A stretch of 64,000 nucleotides of DNA from Puccinia triticina (Eukaryota): positions 5,704,001 to 5,768,000 of the forward strand of contig CP110439.1 of assembly GCA_026914245.1 (NCBI GenBank), read 5' to 3'. Every line of letters starts with the position of its first letter. The first letter of the stretch is position 1. The position numbers were made by a program, and so were the translations under genes. The notes beneath the pieces were generated by a model. It saw nothing but the letters and a program-made list of their open reading frames with translations. It searched no databases and was not told where the DNA came from. Positions 1 through 14,500 of this stretch are shown here, piece after piece.

Positions 1-1209
1 ATGTTTCAGTTGCTCATGCTTGCTTTCTTGTTCTCTTTTTTTGGCTAGTTGTTGTGGCACAACCCTGAGTTTGGCAAGCCTGTCAAATTGACCTATTGTG
101 ACATCATCAGCACCACCTTGTATGAAAACAAGGGCAAGAGGTTGGTCTCTCTCTCTTGCCCTTCCCGCTTATTTTCTTTGTTTTGGTTGACCTGATTTTC
201 TATTCTTCTCGTCCTTGATTGCAGTTTTCCTCCTTTTGAACTAGCTTTCTGAAACCTCATTATCTAAGTATTGAATAACTGCCTCAATCATCACTACTCT
301 ACTATCTTCTTTCAAATGAAAATTTTTCTTTTTTGATTCTTCTTTTTGTTAAAATTATCACAAACTTGTCTTAACACATGATAGCCATGGCTTTTTTTGT
401 GGCTATTTCATTGAAAAAGCAGGTCCAACTTCACTTTGAACTTGCCAACCCATACACTCAGTTTCTTTGGATCAGAAAAAAAAACACCAACAACTTCAGT
501 CCACAACATATATACTTACAGATACTAGAAATTTAGAGAACATACATATGCTAACAACACCATGTGATGGCTGATTTACGCCTTGACAGAAGAACAGGGC
601 TACACAAATTCTACACATGTCCTGAGTGTTTATGGGGGCGCGGGAGGCAAGCTTGCATGTGCACTTGCCCAGAATATGGCAATACCCCGTATTATTGCCA
701 ATACATGCCTTCATCCTCAGCACCCATGAAATGACCCTTGCTGTGGTGAAGGCCCAGACATCTACCATGACCATCTATGTTTTTTCTCCATTAATTTTGG
801 AGATGTTTTGTTCTCAGTAGTAATTGAAGTGTCTTCTTTTTCATCAGTAATTCAATAAACTATACATCCAAGTTGGTTATATCTTTGTGGTTCTTCAGAG
901 ATTTGATTAAATGTTGTAAATACCAGAGAGAGTATGATCCCAACTGCTCTTAAGATTTATATCTATTTAAAATTCAAAATCTAACTTGGTTAGCAAAATG
1001 AAGTGAACATAGCTGTGGATCAATTCTGTGCTGGTTAATTTCCTCCTGATTCAGAGTTTCTTCACAAGAATCCCTTGCACTCTGCAGGCAGGGTTAATTT
1101 GCTAATTTTGGAGAACCTAAACTTTAAGTATATTTGTGGCACTGTAAGCTAAGATGGGCTGTCAGACATTACCTTAAGAGTGCAGCGGCGAAGCCGCCTT
1201 GGCCTCTAG
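1..1209 (+). mobile_element. 3' part of a Helitron inserted in a gypsy gag (5' end not identified, probably outside the window)
   Basis: Hairpin GCGGC-GAA-GCCGC at 1185-1197, then CTAG at 1206-1209 followed by T. The uninterrupted paralogous gag at ~24385-24410 reads ...aatgcaa|tacatactgatattaac and here reads ctag|tacatactgatattaac, i.e. an A^T insertion as expected for Helitrons. Confidence 0.85.
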
Positions 1210-4200
1210 TACATACTGATATTAACAGATTGGATATTACCAGTAAACTGGACCAACTTAAAATAGACAGTGAACATGAGTCAGAAAACCGTGAAACTCA
1301 AGATGAAAACATACTTGAAATAATGGACAAAGTTGATAAACTAGAACAACTCATCATACACAACAGTGACAGCATGGCAGATGAAATCATAAAAATCAAC
1401 AATAAGTTTGATGAAATGCAGAACAAGCTCATGGCTAGCATGGATAATATAGCACAAAAAATTGGCAACAATATACAAGTGCAACCCCAAATTCAGACGC
1501 CATACAAACAAGGGATGAAAGATGTACCACCACATCAATCCAGCAATCCCTTCAGAAGAATGGCAGAAGAAGAGACACCCTTGAGAAAGGAGTACACAGT
1601 CCCACAAACACCATTCTTCAAAGAACAATCATATAACCCAAGTATCCAAACTGTGAGAGATAACTCTAAAGATGTACCCAGAATTAAAGATTGGCCATCA
1701 TTTAGAGGTGAAGGAGAATATGATCACTTGGACTTTATCAAAACAATTGATTTGTACCAAGAAGAATTTGAACTGAGTGATTCCTCAATTACTGGAAGAC
1801 TTAACAGTCTCTTCAAAGGTTGTGCCAAGCGCTGGTTCACAGACCTACGCTCAACTAATGGCAAACAATCTTGGGAATGGTGGAAAGAACAAATTAACAG
1901 CAAATGGGGAAGTCCAGCATGGAGCTTCAAAATTGAAAATAAATTTGATGAGAGCACCTTTGATATTGAAAAAGACAAATCCACTTAAATGGGTAATATC
2001 TCAGAAAGATAGATTGAAAGCCATTTGGCCCAATTTAACAGACAATGAAGTCCACCTGAGAATCCTCAAAAAATGTGGAGGAGATCTAGAGCATGCCATT
2101 AAAAGTAGACTACCCTACAATGCAAGTACTGAAGATATAGTTAACACTTTAGAAGATATAACTACACGTACACGCATTGGCAGAAGATATAAGCCTAGGT
2201 ATCAAGGAGATAAAAATGAGAAAACAGAAGAGAAAAAACCATCTACTTCAAAAGACCAGACTTATCAGAAGGATAAGAAGTGCTACAACTGTAGTAAGAT
2301 GGGACACACTTCACCAAACTGCCCTCACCCAAATAAAAACATTAACAATGTTGAAATAGAGGCAGAAGACACAGCTGAAGAAAAGACTCAATCAGACACA
2401 GAAGAAACACATGATGATGGGTCATCAGTTTCAGCAGGGTCTTGTAATATGATCAATATAGACATAGAAGTGACAGACACAGAAACAGAGCACAATTTAC
2501 CACAAGCATGGCTTCCTGGACAACCTATAGGAAATATCCAGGAAGCCAGACTGAGGAAAACCAAACCTACAAGAGGGAAAGGCTACACAGCTGGTAAAAT
2601 CAACATTACACATATACTGTTTAATGGGAAAGAAGCAGAAATGTTACTTGACAGTGGTGCATATTGCTCAGTAGTACCTGAGACATACTTGAGAAAATTA
2701 TGCCCAGACTACAGAGATATCCTTTTACCACTAGGAAAAGAAAGAATAAATAGTGCCAGCAGTACCATGAAGCCAATAGGAGTATTTGAATGCCCAATAA
2801 TAATCCTTCACCCAACAGGATCAGTCAGAATGACAGTTGAATTCATTGTGATAGAGGATGCAGTAAGTAAACACTTCATATTAGGAAATGACTACTTAAA
2901 TATCTATGGCTTTGACATAACCAATAGCAGAGAAAGATACTTTACTATTGGGAATGACAATAAAAAGAAAAAATTCCTATTCAAATCCAAAGAACCTTTA
3001 CCTGTAGAGCAAGTAGAAATACAGGATGAAGAAAAAGAGAGATTTGGAAGAGAACAACTATCAGAAGCTAATTTTAATGATAAAGTGAGTGTAGATCAAC
3101 TATTACAGTTACACAACATGCTGTATAAGAACAAAAATGCATTTGCATCAGATAAAGAACCATTAGGGGCAGTCATAGGCCACAAAGTGGACATTACATT
3201 AAATATTGAGCGCCCCTACCCACCTTTGCTAAGGAGACCAGCTTACCCAGCAAGCCCTAGAGAAAGAGAAGAGCTTGCAAAACACCTGGATGAGTTAGTA
3301 AGGCTTAATGTCCTTAGAAAAGTGGGGCACAATGAAGAAGTGGAAATAACCACACCAGTAATCATAACCTACCATAAGGGCAAATCACGCATGGTAGGAG
3401 ATTTCCGTGCACTGAACACCTACACAGTCCCAGCTAGATATCCTATACCAAGGATACAGGAGACACTGACAAATCTAGCCAAAGCAAAGTACATTACAAG
3501 TATTAATGCTTTAAAAGGATTTTATCAGAATGTAGTAACAGAATGTGCAAGAAAATACCTGAGAATTATAACACATAAAGGTGTTTAAGAATACCTCAGA
3601 ATGCCTTTTGGAATTAAAAATGCCCCATCACATTTCCAAAGAATGATGAATACCATCTTCTGTGAAGAACTTGGACTGAGATGGCTAATTATATACATAG
3701 ATGACATAATTATATGCTCTGAAACATGGGAAGACCATATGAGTAGAATAGAACTAGTTCTAACAAAAATAATTAATGTTAACATGAAAATTTCACTAAA
3801 GATATGTGCATTTGGATTTGCAGAAATTAAAGCACTTGGACATGTAGTTTCAGGACTAGCATTATGCATAGACCAGAATAAAGTAGCAGCATTACTACAG
3901 AAGCCAGCACCAACAAACAAAAAAGAAATGCAGAGCTTTCTTGGGTTTGCAAGCTACTACAGACAAAACCTAGAAGGCTATGCAGCTATGGCCAAAAGCT
4001 TGTATGAAATAGCTTCCAATGATACTGCCTTTGAAATGACCACAGAAAGACACATGGCATTTACTAAAATAAGAGAACATCTGACTAGAGCACCTCTATT
4101 ATTAATGCCAGATTTCAAGAAACCTTTTGTGTTATATGTTGATGCCTCAATGGAAGGACTAGGAGCAGCCCTCCATCAATTACAAATCATCAATGATAAA

Positions 4201-4444
4201 CCAGTAGAAGGTCCCATTTGTTTCATATCCAGACAACTCAAGAAAACTGAAGCACGCTATGGAGCAAGTCAACTAGAATGCCTATGTTTAGTCTGGGCCC
4301 TAGAGAAACTCCACTATTATCTAGATGGAAGTGTGTTTGATGTCATCACAGACTGTATTGCACTAAAATCACTCATTAACATGAAAACCTCTAACAGACA
4401 CATGCTTAGATGGCAGATATCCATTCAAGTATATAGAGGTAACA
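1210..4444 (+). pseudogene. gypsy gag-pol, 5' part (gag, CCHC knuckle, protease, RT, RNase H)
   Basis: CYNCSKMGHTSPNC knuckle, LLDSGA protease motif, MPFGIKNAP...YIDD RT motif and YVDAS RNase H motif. Frameshift near 1980 and in-frame stop at 3586-3588. Confidence 0.95.
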
Positions 4445-5333
4445 TCCCAAAAAGAGATTTCCCAGTTCCTCAAAAAAAAAATGCAGAGTTTCCCCATACT
4501 GAAGGCTTCCATAGCGAGTCTGAAACTCCGGAGCCTTGATCCGTTTATCCACATCAAGGCCCTCTATTTATACCCTTCAAAACCATTCGCTCAGAACATG
4601 ATTGCACGTAACTGCATTAACTACTGTGCTCCATTTCTATTGTACGCCTCAGCTCATTGCTCCCTCCATTGTTCTTTAACGGATGCTTCATCCAATTCCA
4701 ACCAAATATACCATAATCTATGAGGAATACTACCTGATTCAAATTCCTCACGACCTCTTCATTAAATATATTCCCAGATGCAACAAACCTCAACTTATTC
4801 CGGAGATTCGAAGTCGTGCCATCCACCATTCTCAACTTTTAGACCTCTTCATCTCTTATTATTTCCTTATCCAACAAACCTCAACTTATTCTGGAGATTC
4901 GAAGTCGTGCCATCCATTATTTTCAACATTGTCAGATAAAACCAACAGGTTCCACGTCCCTTATCCGGATATTTGATCTTATCACGCATCCAATTCCAAT
5001 TAGCTACTGTAAATATTTCTCTTTGCTCGGAATCCTCCTCCTTTTCAAGACTGGGACCGGAAATTATTCATTCACCACACCACCAAAACAATGAAACCTA
5101 AATTTACTGTACCGGCCGTAAATCTCACATTCCTGACCTCTACGGCTCCGTTTCTTACCCCGACTCTCCTCCAGCCAAACCCCTCAACACTCAATTCTGC
5201 CGCCATTCATCCTCCTCTAACTCAAAAAGTCGGAATATTTATTCTTTTCTCACCTTATAAATATGAAAGCTCTAAGCTTGATCGCAACCTCCACGGACAA
5301 CCATTGTCTTCCAGCCCAAAATTTTACACAGCT

Positions 5334-5940
5334 ATGCTGACTCCTCCACAGATCCCTCCACCTACTGTTAGGGCTATTATTCCTTTGTCGTCCCTCCGCC
5401 ATGTCCCTTCTCGGAACCAATTCCTTTTATTTCTATATGCCAAAAATGCAGTCGATACCCATCACTCCACAACACCAATCTTACATCCTCTGTATAAGAT
5501 CAAGCTCTGCCAGACCGCCGAAATATCCGCAATCCCTGGCTCCTATCTATTGTTCATTGGGATCCTTGATCTATCATCCATAAAGCACTCACGTCTCACT
5601 CTTGACATAATTGTCCCAACCAATAAATGGGTCTCAGCCACAGCTATTGCTGATCCATTGAACACCAACATGGCAATCCAAGGCTGCTTATATATCTTGA
5701 CCATATCGCAACAGATCTACGCGTATTCACCAGATACTGGCGTTGTAAGAATTGTCAATCCTCCACATATCATCTCTTTACACTCTAAAGTTACATTCCG
5801 CATTTCAGAAAGGTCCCCGATTTGTCCTCCACCTCTGTCCCAAAGTTAATCAAGACACCAGGAATCAACTCAAGCCCTCCAACCTCATCAATTTCTCTGT
5901 TATCATCGCCGGTCTCAAAGGACGAAGCCTCCATATAATA
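5334..5940 (+). pseudogene. Helitron accessory gene candidate 1 (unknown function)
   Basis: Long ORF 5091-5849 plus an overlapping frame ending at a GTAAGT donor at 5941. No recognisable family; boundaries approximate. Confidence 0.35.
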
Positions 5941-6630
5941 GTAAGTATTTACACATCTACATATGACCTACTCATGTGTTCTTAGAACCAGTCACCGGAC
6001 TCATCTACCCGTTACCTCCCTTACATGGGTACATTCTATACACCTCTGTTCTACATGGCAGGCTCCTCATTCTTACAATCTTTGGTCCCGTTCTTTGTAA
6101 AAACACAATACCCCATTCTCCTCATCAAACATAGTTATCCAATTCATAGTACAAGAACCTTATACCATCAATCAGTCCTAGACTTATTGTTTCCATCATT
6201 CTCAGTCGATTTTTTACCTTCCTGTTGCTTCCAAAAGCGTAGAATTTTCTCAATTGTACTATCCACTTACCAATGCAAAAATTTAAAAATCTACTCCTTT
6301 CTGAAAGCAAGGGTGATGGACCAATTTTCCTCTACCAAGATCATCCCCTTGCCACATGAGCCCAGGATAGTTTCCTGTTTGGTTCACACATTCCAAATCA
6401 CACCTGGCTCATTACCCCTCCTCCTATACAATCTACTGTCATGCCACATCTCATCCATAAATGGCCCGCGTCTATTTCAACTTGCTCAGCGTTAGCGCTC
6501 CCTCGCCGCTACCAACTCCGGCCTCCTCTTAACCATCTTCTTCTTTTTAAACCGGTTTGTCTCAAACCGTACCTCCCTTTACAATCAACCTCACACTCTC
6601 CAATGGAAGCCAGAGAGAAAACCACCCCTT

Positions 6631-7075
6631 ATGTCTGAAAAACAAATTAAACCTCTCAGCCCTTCGTTTAATTCCGCAACAAACCCCAACGTGGAGCCAA
6701 AAACCTTTGTACCTCTTCCACAACAACCAATTCCCCCATGTCTAAGATCCATGGCCTATCCCAAGATTAGCGCATGGATTAAAATCCTATTGATTTCCCC
6801 CCGTCTCATGGGTACCTTATCCGGTGAAATAAACGTAAAGCAACACTTTATCCCAAAACCTGTACATCTATTCCTAAACTTATTCCTTTTCTAGCAACCG
6901 GATCTTATCCTGTTGCCAAATCCCAATATCTTTGACATCACGAAAATCAACCCTCAACTGGTCATTACCAGCCGCGTACTATTAACAGGCCGAATCCTAC
7001 GCATTGAGCCGCAATACGTATATGTTGAGGTTTGTTTCATCCCGGCGCCTACGCTCATATGCGAACTCCGTGATT
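6631..7075 (+). pseudogene. Helitron accessory gene candidate 2 (spliced, unknown function)
   Basis: ATG at 6631 and a putative intron (GTAAAG ~6835 to CTAG 6894). The next exon reads QPDLILL...QLVITSRVLLTGRILRIEPQYVYVEV before stops. Confidence 0.35.
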
Positions 7076-7407
7076 AAAGTTTTTTTATTCCTTAGCCGGA
7101 CCGGATCAGTTATACTGGTCGTTGCACCAAAGTCTACAACATTCTCAACACGTCGACTATTGGGTTGTGTTGAGCATTGCAATGTCTCATTTCATCTCCA
7201 TGGGCAGTACTCCTCATCTATCCAAACTATTTCCGTCCATTGCCTCAATGGTACTCTTCCCGACCGCAGAGATGCCGCTCCCCATTTCCAATTCCGGCTA
7301 GACCTTATTGTCCCCAATGTCATTACTCTGCTCACGTTATAAATAAAACACCTGAGCAATCTCTTTAGCCAATCCTCATCCCGGTTCCTCATTGATCATC
7401 CTTCGTT

Positions 7408-7960
7408 ATGGTTGTCATCCGCAGTTTCACATTTGTGCCAGATTCCCCGCGACTCAGCAGTAACAAAATATTTAAAATCATAGATGCCACACCCTGGAGC
7501 TCCACGTCTAAAAGCATTTTTCCTCTCTCCAATCTTCATTTCAACATCTTTACCTCAGCTCCTCGTGGTACTGCTCCCAATTCTGCATCATGGCTGGTAT
7601 TTGAAGGCAAAGCTACAGCTGTTCATAACACTACCAAGATCAGAATTCACTGTTACGCTTCGTTGTACCATTTTGATATACCGCAGCAATTCAGAAACTT
7701 ACCTTTTCCACAGCTCATCGGTGATTTGAAAGTTATTCAACAGTACCCACAAATCTTAGCACTCGACCCTGAAGCTGAAAATGTCAGTTATTTCTCAACA
7801 TCAATGGTACACAACTAAGCTGACATGTTTTCAAAGTCCTCCGTCTTTGTCTGTGAATTTCAACCTGTTCAAAGCCATCCCCTTGCCCTGGACCTCAACA
7901 ACGTTTACCATGTCCACGCTTACATCACCAAAACAAGTAACGGAATAATCCAGCTCAAAG
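7408..7960 (+). CDS. Helitron accessory gene X (spliced, unknown function)
   Basis: ORF 7408-7818 with a GTCAGT donor after ...DPEAEN and a further exon (...LDLNNVYHVHAYITKTSNGIIQLK|gtcagt). A clear homologue lies on the minus strand at 57370-58950 (WLVFEG motif shared). Confidence 0.6.
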
Positions 7961-8239
7961 TCAGTCCCCACCATTGTCATCAATGATTACTCATACAGAC
8001 AAATCTCATCATAACCTCTTCCTGACCAGGTCACACATATGTTTGATTACAAGCTCTCTCTTCACATCAGTGCCAAAGGTCTCGAAACTCGTCCTTAAAG
8101 TAGAATAATACAACCATAAACCTGCCTATGATTCTATACCTCCACAAGCTACAAACGCAACCTGTATTTCATTATTCAGAAACACAAATTAAACCTTCCT
8201 GTTCAATATTATCCTTCATCTCTTCTACGCTTTTCAAAA

Positions 8240-8820
8240 CATGTGTGTACATATTTTCTAGACAGTAATCCGATTCATGATCTCCTTCTGCACATAATTC
8301 ATGGGGACACGGTTTCAAGTTGCAATATACTTTTCCCGTTCCCCAGGGCTAGTCCACAATAAGTAATGAGTTATGTTCCTCTGTATGCCCAGAGTCATTG
8401 CCCGCAAACATTTCAGTCCCCTTCGTTTCAAACCATGCATCAATAAATCAGCACAAGAGCCATGTCAACCAATGACCCACTGTCATTGTTATTGCTCAGA
8501 CATAACTACTTGGAATTGCTAAGCATTGCCATGAAGACATAATCTAAGCAGTGTGTACATATTTGCTAGACAGTAATCCAATTCTTGGGCTTGTCCTGCA
8601 CATGATTCATAGCAGGACACGGTTCCAAGTTGAAATTTACTTATCTTGTCCCCAGAGCTAATGCACAATAAATATTGAGTTATGTACCTCCGTACCCCCA
8701 GAGTCATTGCTCCGCAAAGAATTCAATCTCTTTTGTCTCGAACCATGCATGACTAAATCAGCACATGAGCCCTGTCAATCAAAGACCCACTGTCATTGTT
8801 ATTCTCTCAAGCATAACTCC
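8240..8820. repeat. ~310-bp diverged direct duplication inside the Helitron
   Basis: gtgtgtacatatt..ctagacagtaatcc through acccactgtcattgttatt occurs from ~8243 and again from ~8552. Confidence 0.75.
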
Positions 8821-9885
8821 CCAGTCGCAATTCTCTTGGCAAGAAATTCTACGTTTCTTACGCTGCAAATCCCTAATCAGACAAACATCCTTCACTCACA
8901 ACTACACACCTAATTGAGTTCATTGCATACACAGAAACCAGAATAGTAACTGCACAACATGTCAGATTGCATTGACTTACAAAATTGCTAAGCATCGCCA
9001 TGAAGAGCTAATCTAAGCAGATTCTGGATCCTCCGCCGGATACAGGACCAGTGCATTACTTACTCCGGGCCCCCACTGTTCAAGTCTTCTCTTATTAGCC
9101 AAAATTCCATATACCCAAAACCAGCATAGCCAATCGTCAAATGCTTAGAAAGCATCGACATATAATGTTCCTAAACATGGGATTAAAACGTTATCATGTA
9201 CATCGCCAAGTTCCTTAATCCAGTCATGGATGCACGACCGGAGTGGTACTTAAACCGCGCTTTCGGATTGCTAGAAAATCAAACAATGACTCCGCCATGA
9301 TATGATTTCTTGTTCCGGGATCAAACCTGCTCAATCCACTCAAATACAAATATAACAACATTCTATTTGCAGAACTCGGTAACACATCACCACAACAATT
9401 CCGTTCCCATCCTCCCGCTAAGTTACCTGCCCTTACAGAAGATTATTCGGCGTCTGCCGCCTTAAATCTTATCCGTATACCCTAGCAACCATTACCACTC
9501 AACTGATTCCTTAGCTTGTAACCCGTAATATTACTTTAATCGGCCTTTTATGTCAACTTGCTTCACTCTACCTCACACTCAGCCTCAGTTTGACCGACCA
9601 GCAACGCCAACCTTTGTTCCGGAAACATACACCTTTCATACTCAATCTAATTTCCTGTCCCGGAACGGAACCCTCTCCATCACCATCCATACAGAATGCA
9701 TCGGCACCATCTATTATAAATAGTTGATGACTCTTCACCTGAATGTCTCCTCACCTCAGTCGCTGCCATCAACCAACACGCTATATATACTTCTACTCAC
9801 CCAGAAACAGCTTACTCTGCTTCATTTAGCCATCTCTTTCATTCTTCCATCACACCACATAAAAAAAACCCCGCGTGTTTCAATT

Positions 9886-11129
9886 ATGGCTGCTCAAAAG
9901 CGGCTCAGTCACCCTATGCAAACCCAAACTCCTGTCAATATATTCGAGATGGTGTGCCTCCATTGATTCCTCTTCCTCGTTTTGATACCAATTCATCATT
10001 TATAATCATTGTTTCACTTCCCTGTAGCTTGATCAAAAAATCGCTCCTGGATTGAGCTATGGCCAACTGTTCTACTCCACTTCCATCGCTTACACCGATC
10101 CCAAATCTTGAGAAGAAAAAAATCTTTTAGTTAAGTTATGCGGCTACGGCTCCGCTATCTCAGCATTAATCAAAAACCGAGTTTACATAGTATCTGGAAA
10201 AATGATTGCGCCAAACTCAAACGTTACGCCCGTATTCCATTTCCATGCTGACCTGACCTTAGATGTTGGTGAATCCAAAACCTGTTCTATTAAATTCGCC
10301 GAAAAATGCTCCGTTGTTGGATTTGGAATCGTCATTGGCAAACGCGAAGTTTCAGAAGACCTTGCAAACGGCACCATTAAAAATCTAATTGTGACCCTCC
10401 AACATTCGGACTATGACCCTTTGGTGAGTCGGATGTATACAATTCTCATACATTAACCCTCTTGGTGGCTGACTCTGTATCTTTTCAGAGTAAGCAACAA
10501 ACACAGTTCAAGGCGCAATACAAAGTCAGTGGGCGCAAAAACTTGGCCAATACCTTTGGCCTGTTCCAACTTGGACGCAAAGTGCTCCTCTCTGGAAACA
10601 TCTGCGGCTATGACAAAGATAAATTTATGTGGACTATCAATGTAAGTATTTCATAACCTAAGGTCGTCCTGCAATTACCGACCTGATATGACCCACCCCC
10701 AGACCATAGCTGTCTCGATTGCTTCCGGTCATCAAACCAGCGGATCACTTCAGAATCTGGCCCCTGGCAAAACTCTCCCGGTCCGCCAGCGTCCTGGATT
10801 GTACGTCAACACGTCTCTCATTTCTTTCTGATGATCTAATTGAAATATTTCACCACAACAGGATCTCATTAGAAGACCGGGGCAGTACCAGTTCAAAACC
10901 GATTCAGATCAACGACAAAGCCAAGGCGGTCAGTCACAACTTGTACACTTCTGAATCAGCTCCTGTCACTGGCAAAGGTAATTCCCAGAATTATTACAAG
11001 ACCATCCTCAGCACAGCCTCCAAAAAGAGGACTAGGAAAGATATCCTGGCTGACGCTAAGCGTGCCAAAAAGTACCTGTGCTCGCCGGCAGACACAATGC
11101 CCGTAGTTCCGGAAGTCTCAAAGAGCTAA
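9886..11129 (+). pseudogene. Helitron accessory gene Y, five exons, putative tandem OB-fold-like protein
   Basis: Exons 9886-9951, 10028-10423, 10489-10641, 10703-10800 and 10862-11129 are joined by GT-AG introns in a continuous frame, with one premature TGA at 10109-10111. A homologue lies at 52700-53852 (-). The OB-fold call is inferred from the strand pattern only. Confidence 0.75.
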
Positions 11130-11533
11130 CTCCCTGAATAATGCCATGGATCCGTAACTTGCTTATCGCATTTACTTTTCTCTCATCCAATAGTCCTTTT
11201 CTATACCTGTAACTTAGCTTGAATCCTGTTATCCTCTCTCTTCCTAATTTCCACTTTAGTCTGAACGACCACTGCTTACAAAACCCCTTTCGTTTACCTT
11301 CATTAACCCCTGTAATATGTCCATCCTGCAATGATACTTGTCAGATGCAGGGTTGAGCAACTGTGCAGGTCATTTAGTACAGAACCTGAAACAATTCAAT
11401 GTTGATTCCTGCCTAAAAATCATTACCTGTGTTTTTTCAAGTCCCCTGAGCCTGCTCCCTTAAGCTGTACTGTCCGCCCATATTCTTTTGACTCCAGCTC
11501 TGTTATTCCTTTCTACTGCAATCAGCGAGTGCC

Positions 11534-14500
11534 ATGCCTCCTCCCAGAGGACTTGCCGTACCCTCACCGGACTTGAACAACAAAGAATATTTATTGAAAC
11601 ACTCCAAAGACGAAATGCCTAACTACTTAGGATCATACACTGACATTTGTATTAAATGTTCGGCGCTTCATTGGAAATGTGAAAGAACTGGCCCAGGAAA
11701 AGACGTGGAGCGTGCAGCGTATTCCATGTGTTGTCAGAAAGGCCAGGTTGAGGTTCCGGTCACCTACAGTGGAGCCGATTACCCCTTGTTCTTGAAGGAA
11801 CTGCTACAGGGCCAAGACAAATGTTCATCTCCGAAAACGTTCTATATCTTATTCAAGCCTGATGCGTTTTCTGTTCTTAGGCTCGAAATGTTTTCAACGC
11901 CAGATCCGGAATTACAATAATGGTCTAGCCTTCGCATCGCTCGGAGCTGAAGTTGATCACTCTGTTCAGGGACAGCGCGGTGTTTACACCTTCAAAGTCA
12001 AAGGTGCTTTATTCCATAATTTACCGGAGGATCACCCTGGCACCAAAGCAAATGCTCAGTACTCTCAAATATACGTGGTTGGCGGAGACAACGACAAGGA
12101 AACTGGGATGCGTCAACACAAATGCGGGGCCGAAGTCGATTTCAAGATCTTAAATCAAATACAAAACTTCATTTCCACCAATAACTCCTACGCAAAATTC
12201 TACTGAACTATTTTGCAACAATTAGATCAAAATCCGGCAGCAACTTTTGTTCTGAGGGCTTTGGATCATCCAGCCCTGAATCCTAACACATACAACCGGC
12301 CCCAAGTAAATGAAATAGCTTACATCTTGGACTGTTACGATGAAGAAAAGATTGGCAAACGCGACGTAGCATTGCACACCCATGGCGGAGGCGTGCGGTA
12401 CGTCACAGACTTGTTTCCAGGATATTTGGCGCTTCGCTATCCTATCTTTTTCCCTTTTGGGGAACGGGGTTGGCTGAAGGATTATGTGATTCCCGACACC
12501 TGTCAGTAAATCTAACTTCATCTCGATATTGTTCAGACTTATTTACATTTCTTGTAACAGTTCGAGAAATAACTCAGTGCGAATGGTACGCAACTATGTG
12601 TTTTGAGAAAGACGGTCAATTTTCCGTCATTCTTCACAGGAAGGCACTGTTCCAAGAAATCATCGTCGACATGTACATATGCGTCGAACGTTCTCGACTC
12701 AATTGGGTGTTTCATCATCAAGGCAATTTGAAAGCAGCAATGTATCGAGAAGCGGCCAAATCCTTGATGAATGAACAGGACATAGATGGATGCCGGGTTG
12801 TTCTGCCATCTACATTCGCAGGTTCCCCACAAGATATGATACAGCTTTACCAAGACGCTATGGCAATCGTCCGCAAATTTGGGCCCCCTTCTCTGTTTAT
12901 CACCATGACTGCCAATCCGAGATGGAAGGAAATTCAAGAAGCCTTGAAACCGGGTCAAGACGCGAGTGATAGGCCTGATTTAGTCACTAGGGTTTTCTTT
13001 AGCAAGTTTGTATTGCTACTCAAAGACCTGCTCAAGAAAGATTGTCTAGGCCGAGTGAAAGCAAACGTTTTTACTATTGAATTTCAGAAACGCGGCCTCC
13101 CACATGCCCACATTATGGCAATGATGCGGACCCCAGACATCCCTAAGACGCCTGAACAGATAGACTCGCTGATCTCAGCTGAGATTCCGGATCCTGTCAA
13201 GGAACCTTGATTGTACGAAATCGTTACACAGAATATGTTACACGGGCCCTGCACGGACAGTTCCAATTGTTGGAAAAATGACATGTGAAAATATGGGTTC
13301 CCAAAACCTTTCCGCCCCTCCACAGAATTGACGGACGACGCATATCCCGATTCTTGCAGACGGGACAACGGGCAACATGTCAGAAAGGGTGGCACTGAGT
13401 TCCATAACGGCCACGTTGTCCCTTATACTAAATTCCTTCTCCTCAAATATGACTGCCATATTAATGTCAAAATCCCATTTTTGATACGTGCTATGAAGTA
13501 CCTCTTCAAATATATATGCAAGGGCGTCAACAGGGTCTTGATGAAGCTTATGGATGGCGATGAAATTCAAAAGTTTATTAATGGGCGGTACATCGGCCCA
13601 TGCGAAGGTGCGTGAATTCGTTTTTCTTGCCTGATTCATCAGCCAGCCGCCACTGACCTTGCTTTGTTCCTTAGCCACCTATTGTCTATTCCAGTTCCCG
13701 ATGAATGGCAGGTCACCTATGGTTCAACAATTAGCGGTCCACCTTGACCAGTTCATCGATGTATTAGGCAACGATTCAAAGTACTGCTTGAGACTTAGCC
13801 CTGGAGGCATTGTTCCCAGTAGCAAGAACTGCGTCGCTTTAACAAAATTCAATATAGAAACACAGTTGAAAAAAAATTCAAAGCTGCTTGACGACGTTGG
13901 AATTGTGGGAACCGACCGTACTCTATGGCCTGAATTCGTTCGGGTCTTTGCGCCGGAGCAATTGTCGATTTATACCCATGCCGAAATTTACGAAAACAAC
14001 TACACAAAGCTTACCGCTGACCAACGATTTATTGTGGATGACATAATCAAACAAGCAAACAGAAAAGAGTCTTGGATGGTTTACATCGACGGACCTGGCG
14101 GAACCGGCAAGACGTTTGTCCTCAACACCCTGATTAACTATTTCAACTGCAGAGGAATCACCATTGCAGCTGTCGCCTCCTCTGGAATTGCTTCCTTAGC
14201 TCTCCACAAAGCGACCACTGCCCACGCCCGGTTTAAAATTCCCCTGAAAATCAATTCCACATCGCTCTGCGTTTGGGAGCCGCGTTTGGCTCTTCAACAA
14301 GAATTATCCCAAGTTGATATCATTATTTGGGATGAGATATCCATGCAAAATCGTCTGTCTGTTGAAGCTGTTGATAGAAGCTTTCGAGAGCTGAAGAAAC
14401 AGGACATTCCTTTTGGAGGAGTTAGTGTCATCTTTGGTGGTGATTTTTGTCAAACACTGCCAGTCGTCAAAATGGGTGATATCCTGTCCCAGAGCAAATT

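Noticed and set aside
1965..1990. Programmed gag-pol frameshift
   Set aside because: The shift falls in the middle of the capsid-like region, upstream of the zinc knuckle, in a copy with other lesions; a mutational indel is more likely.
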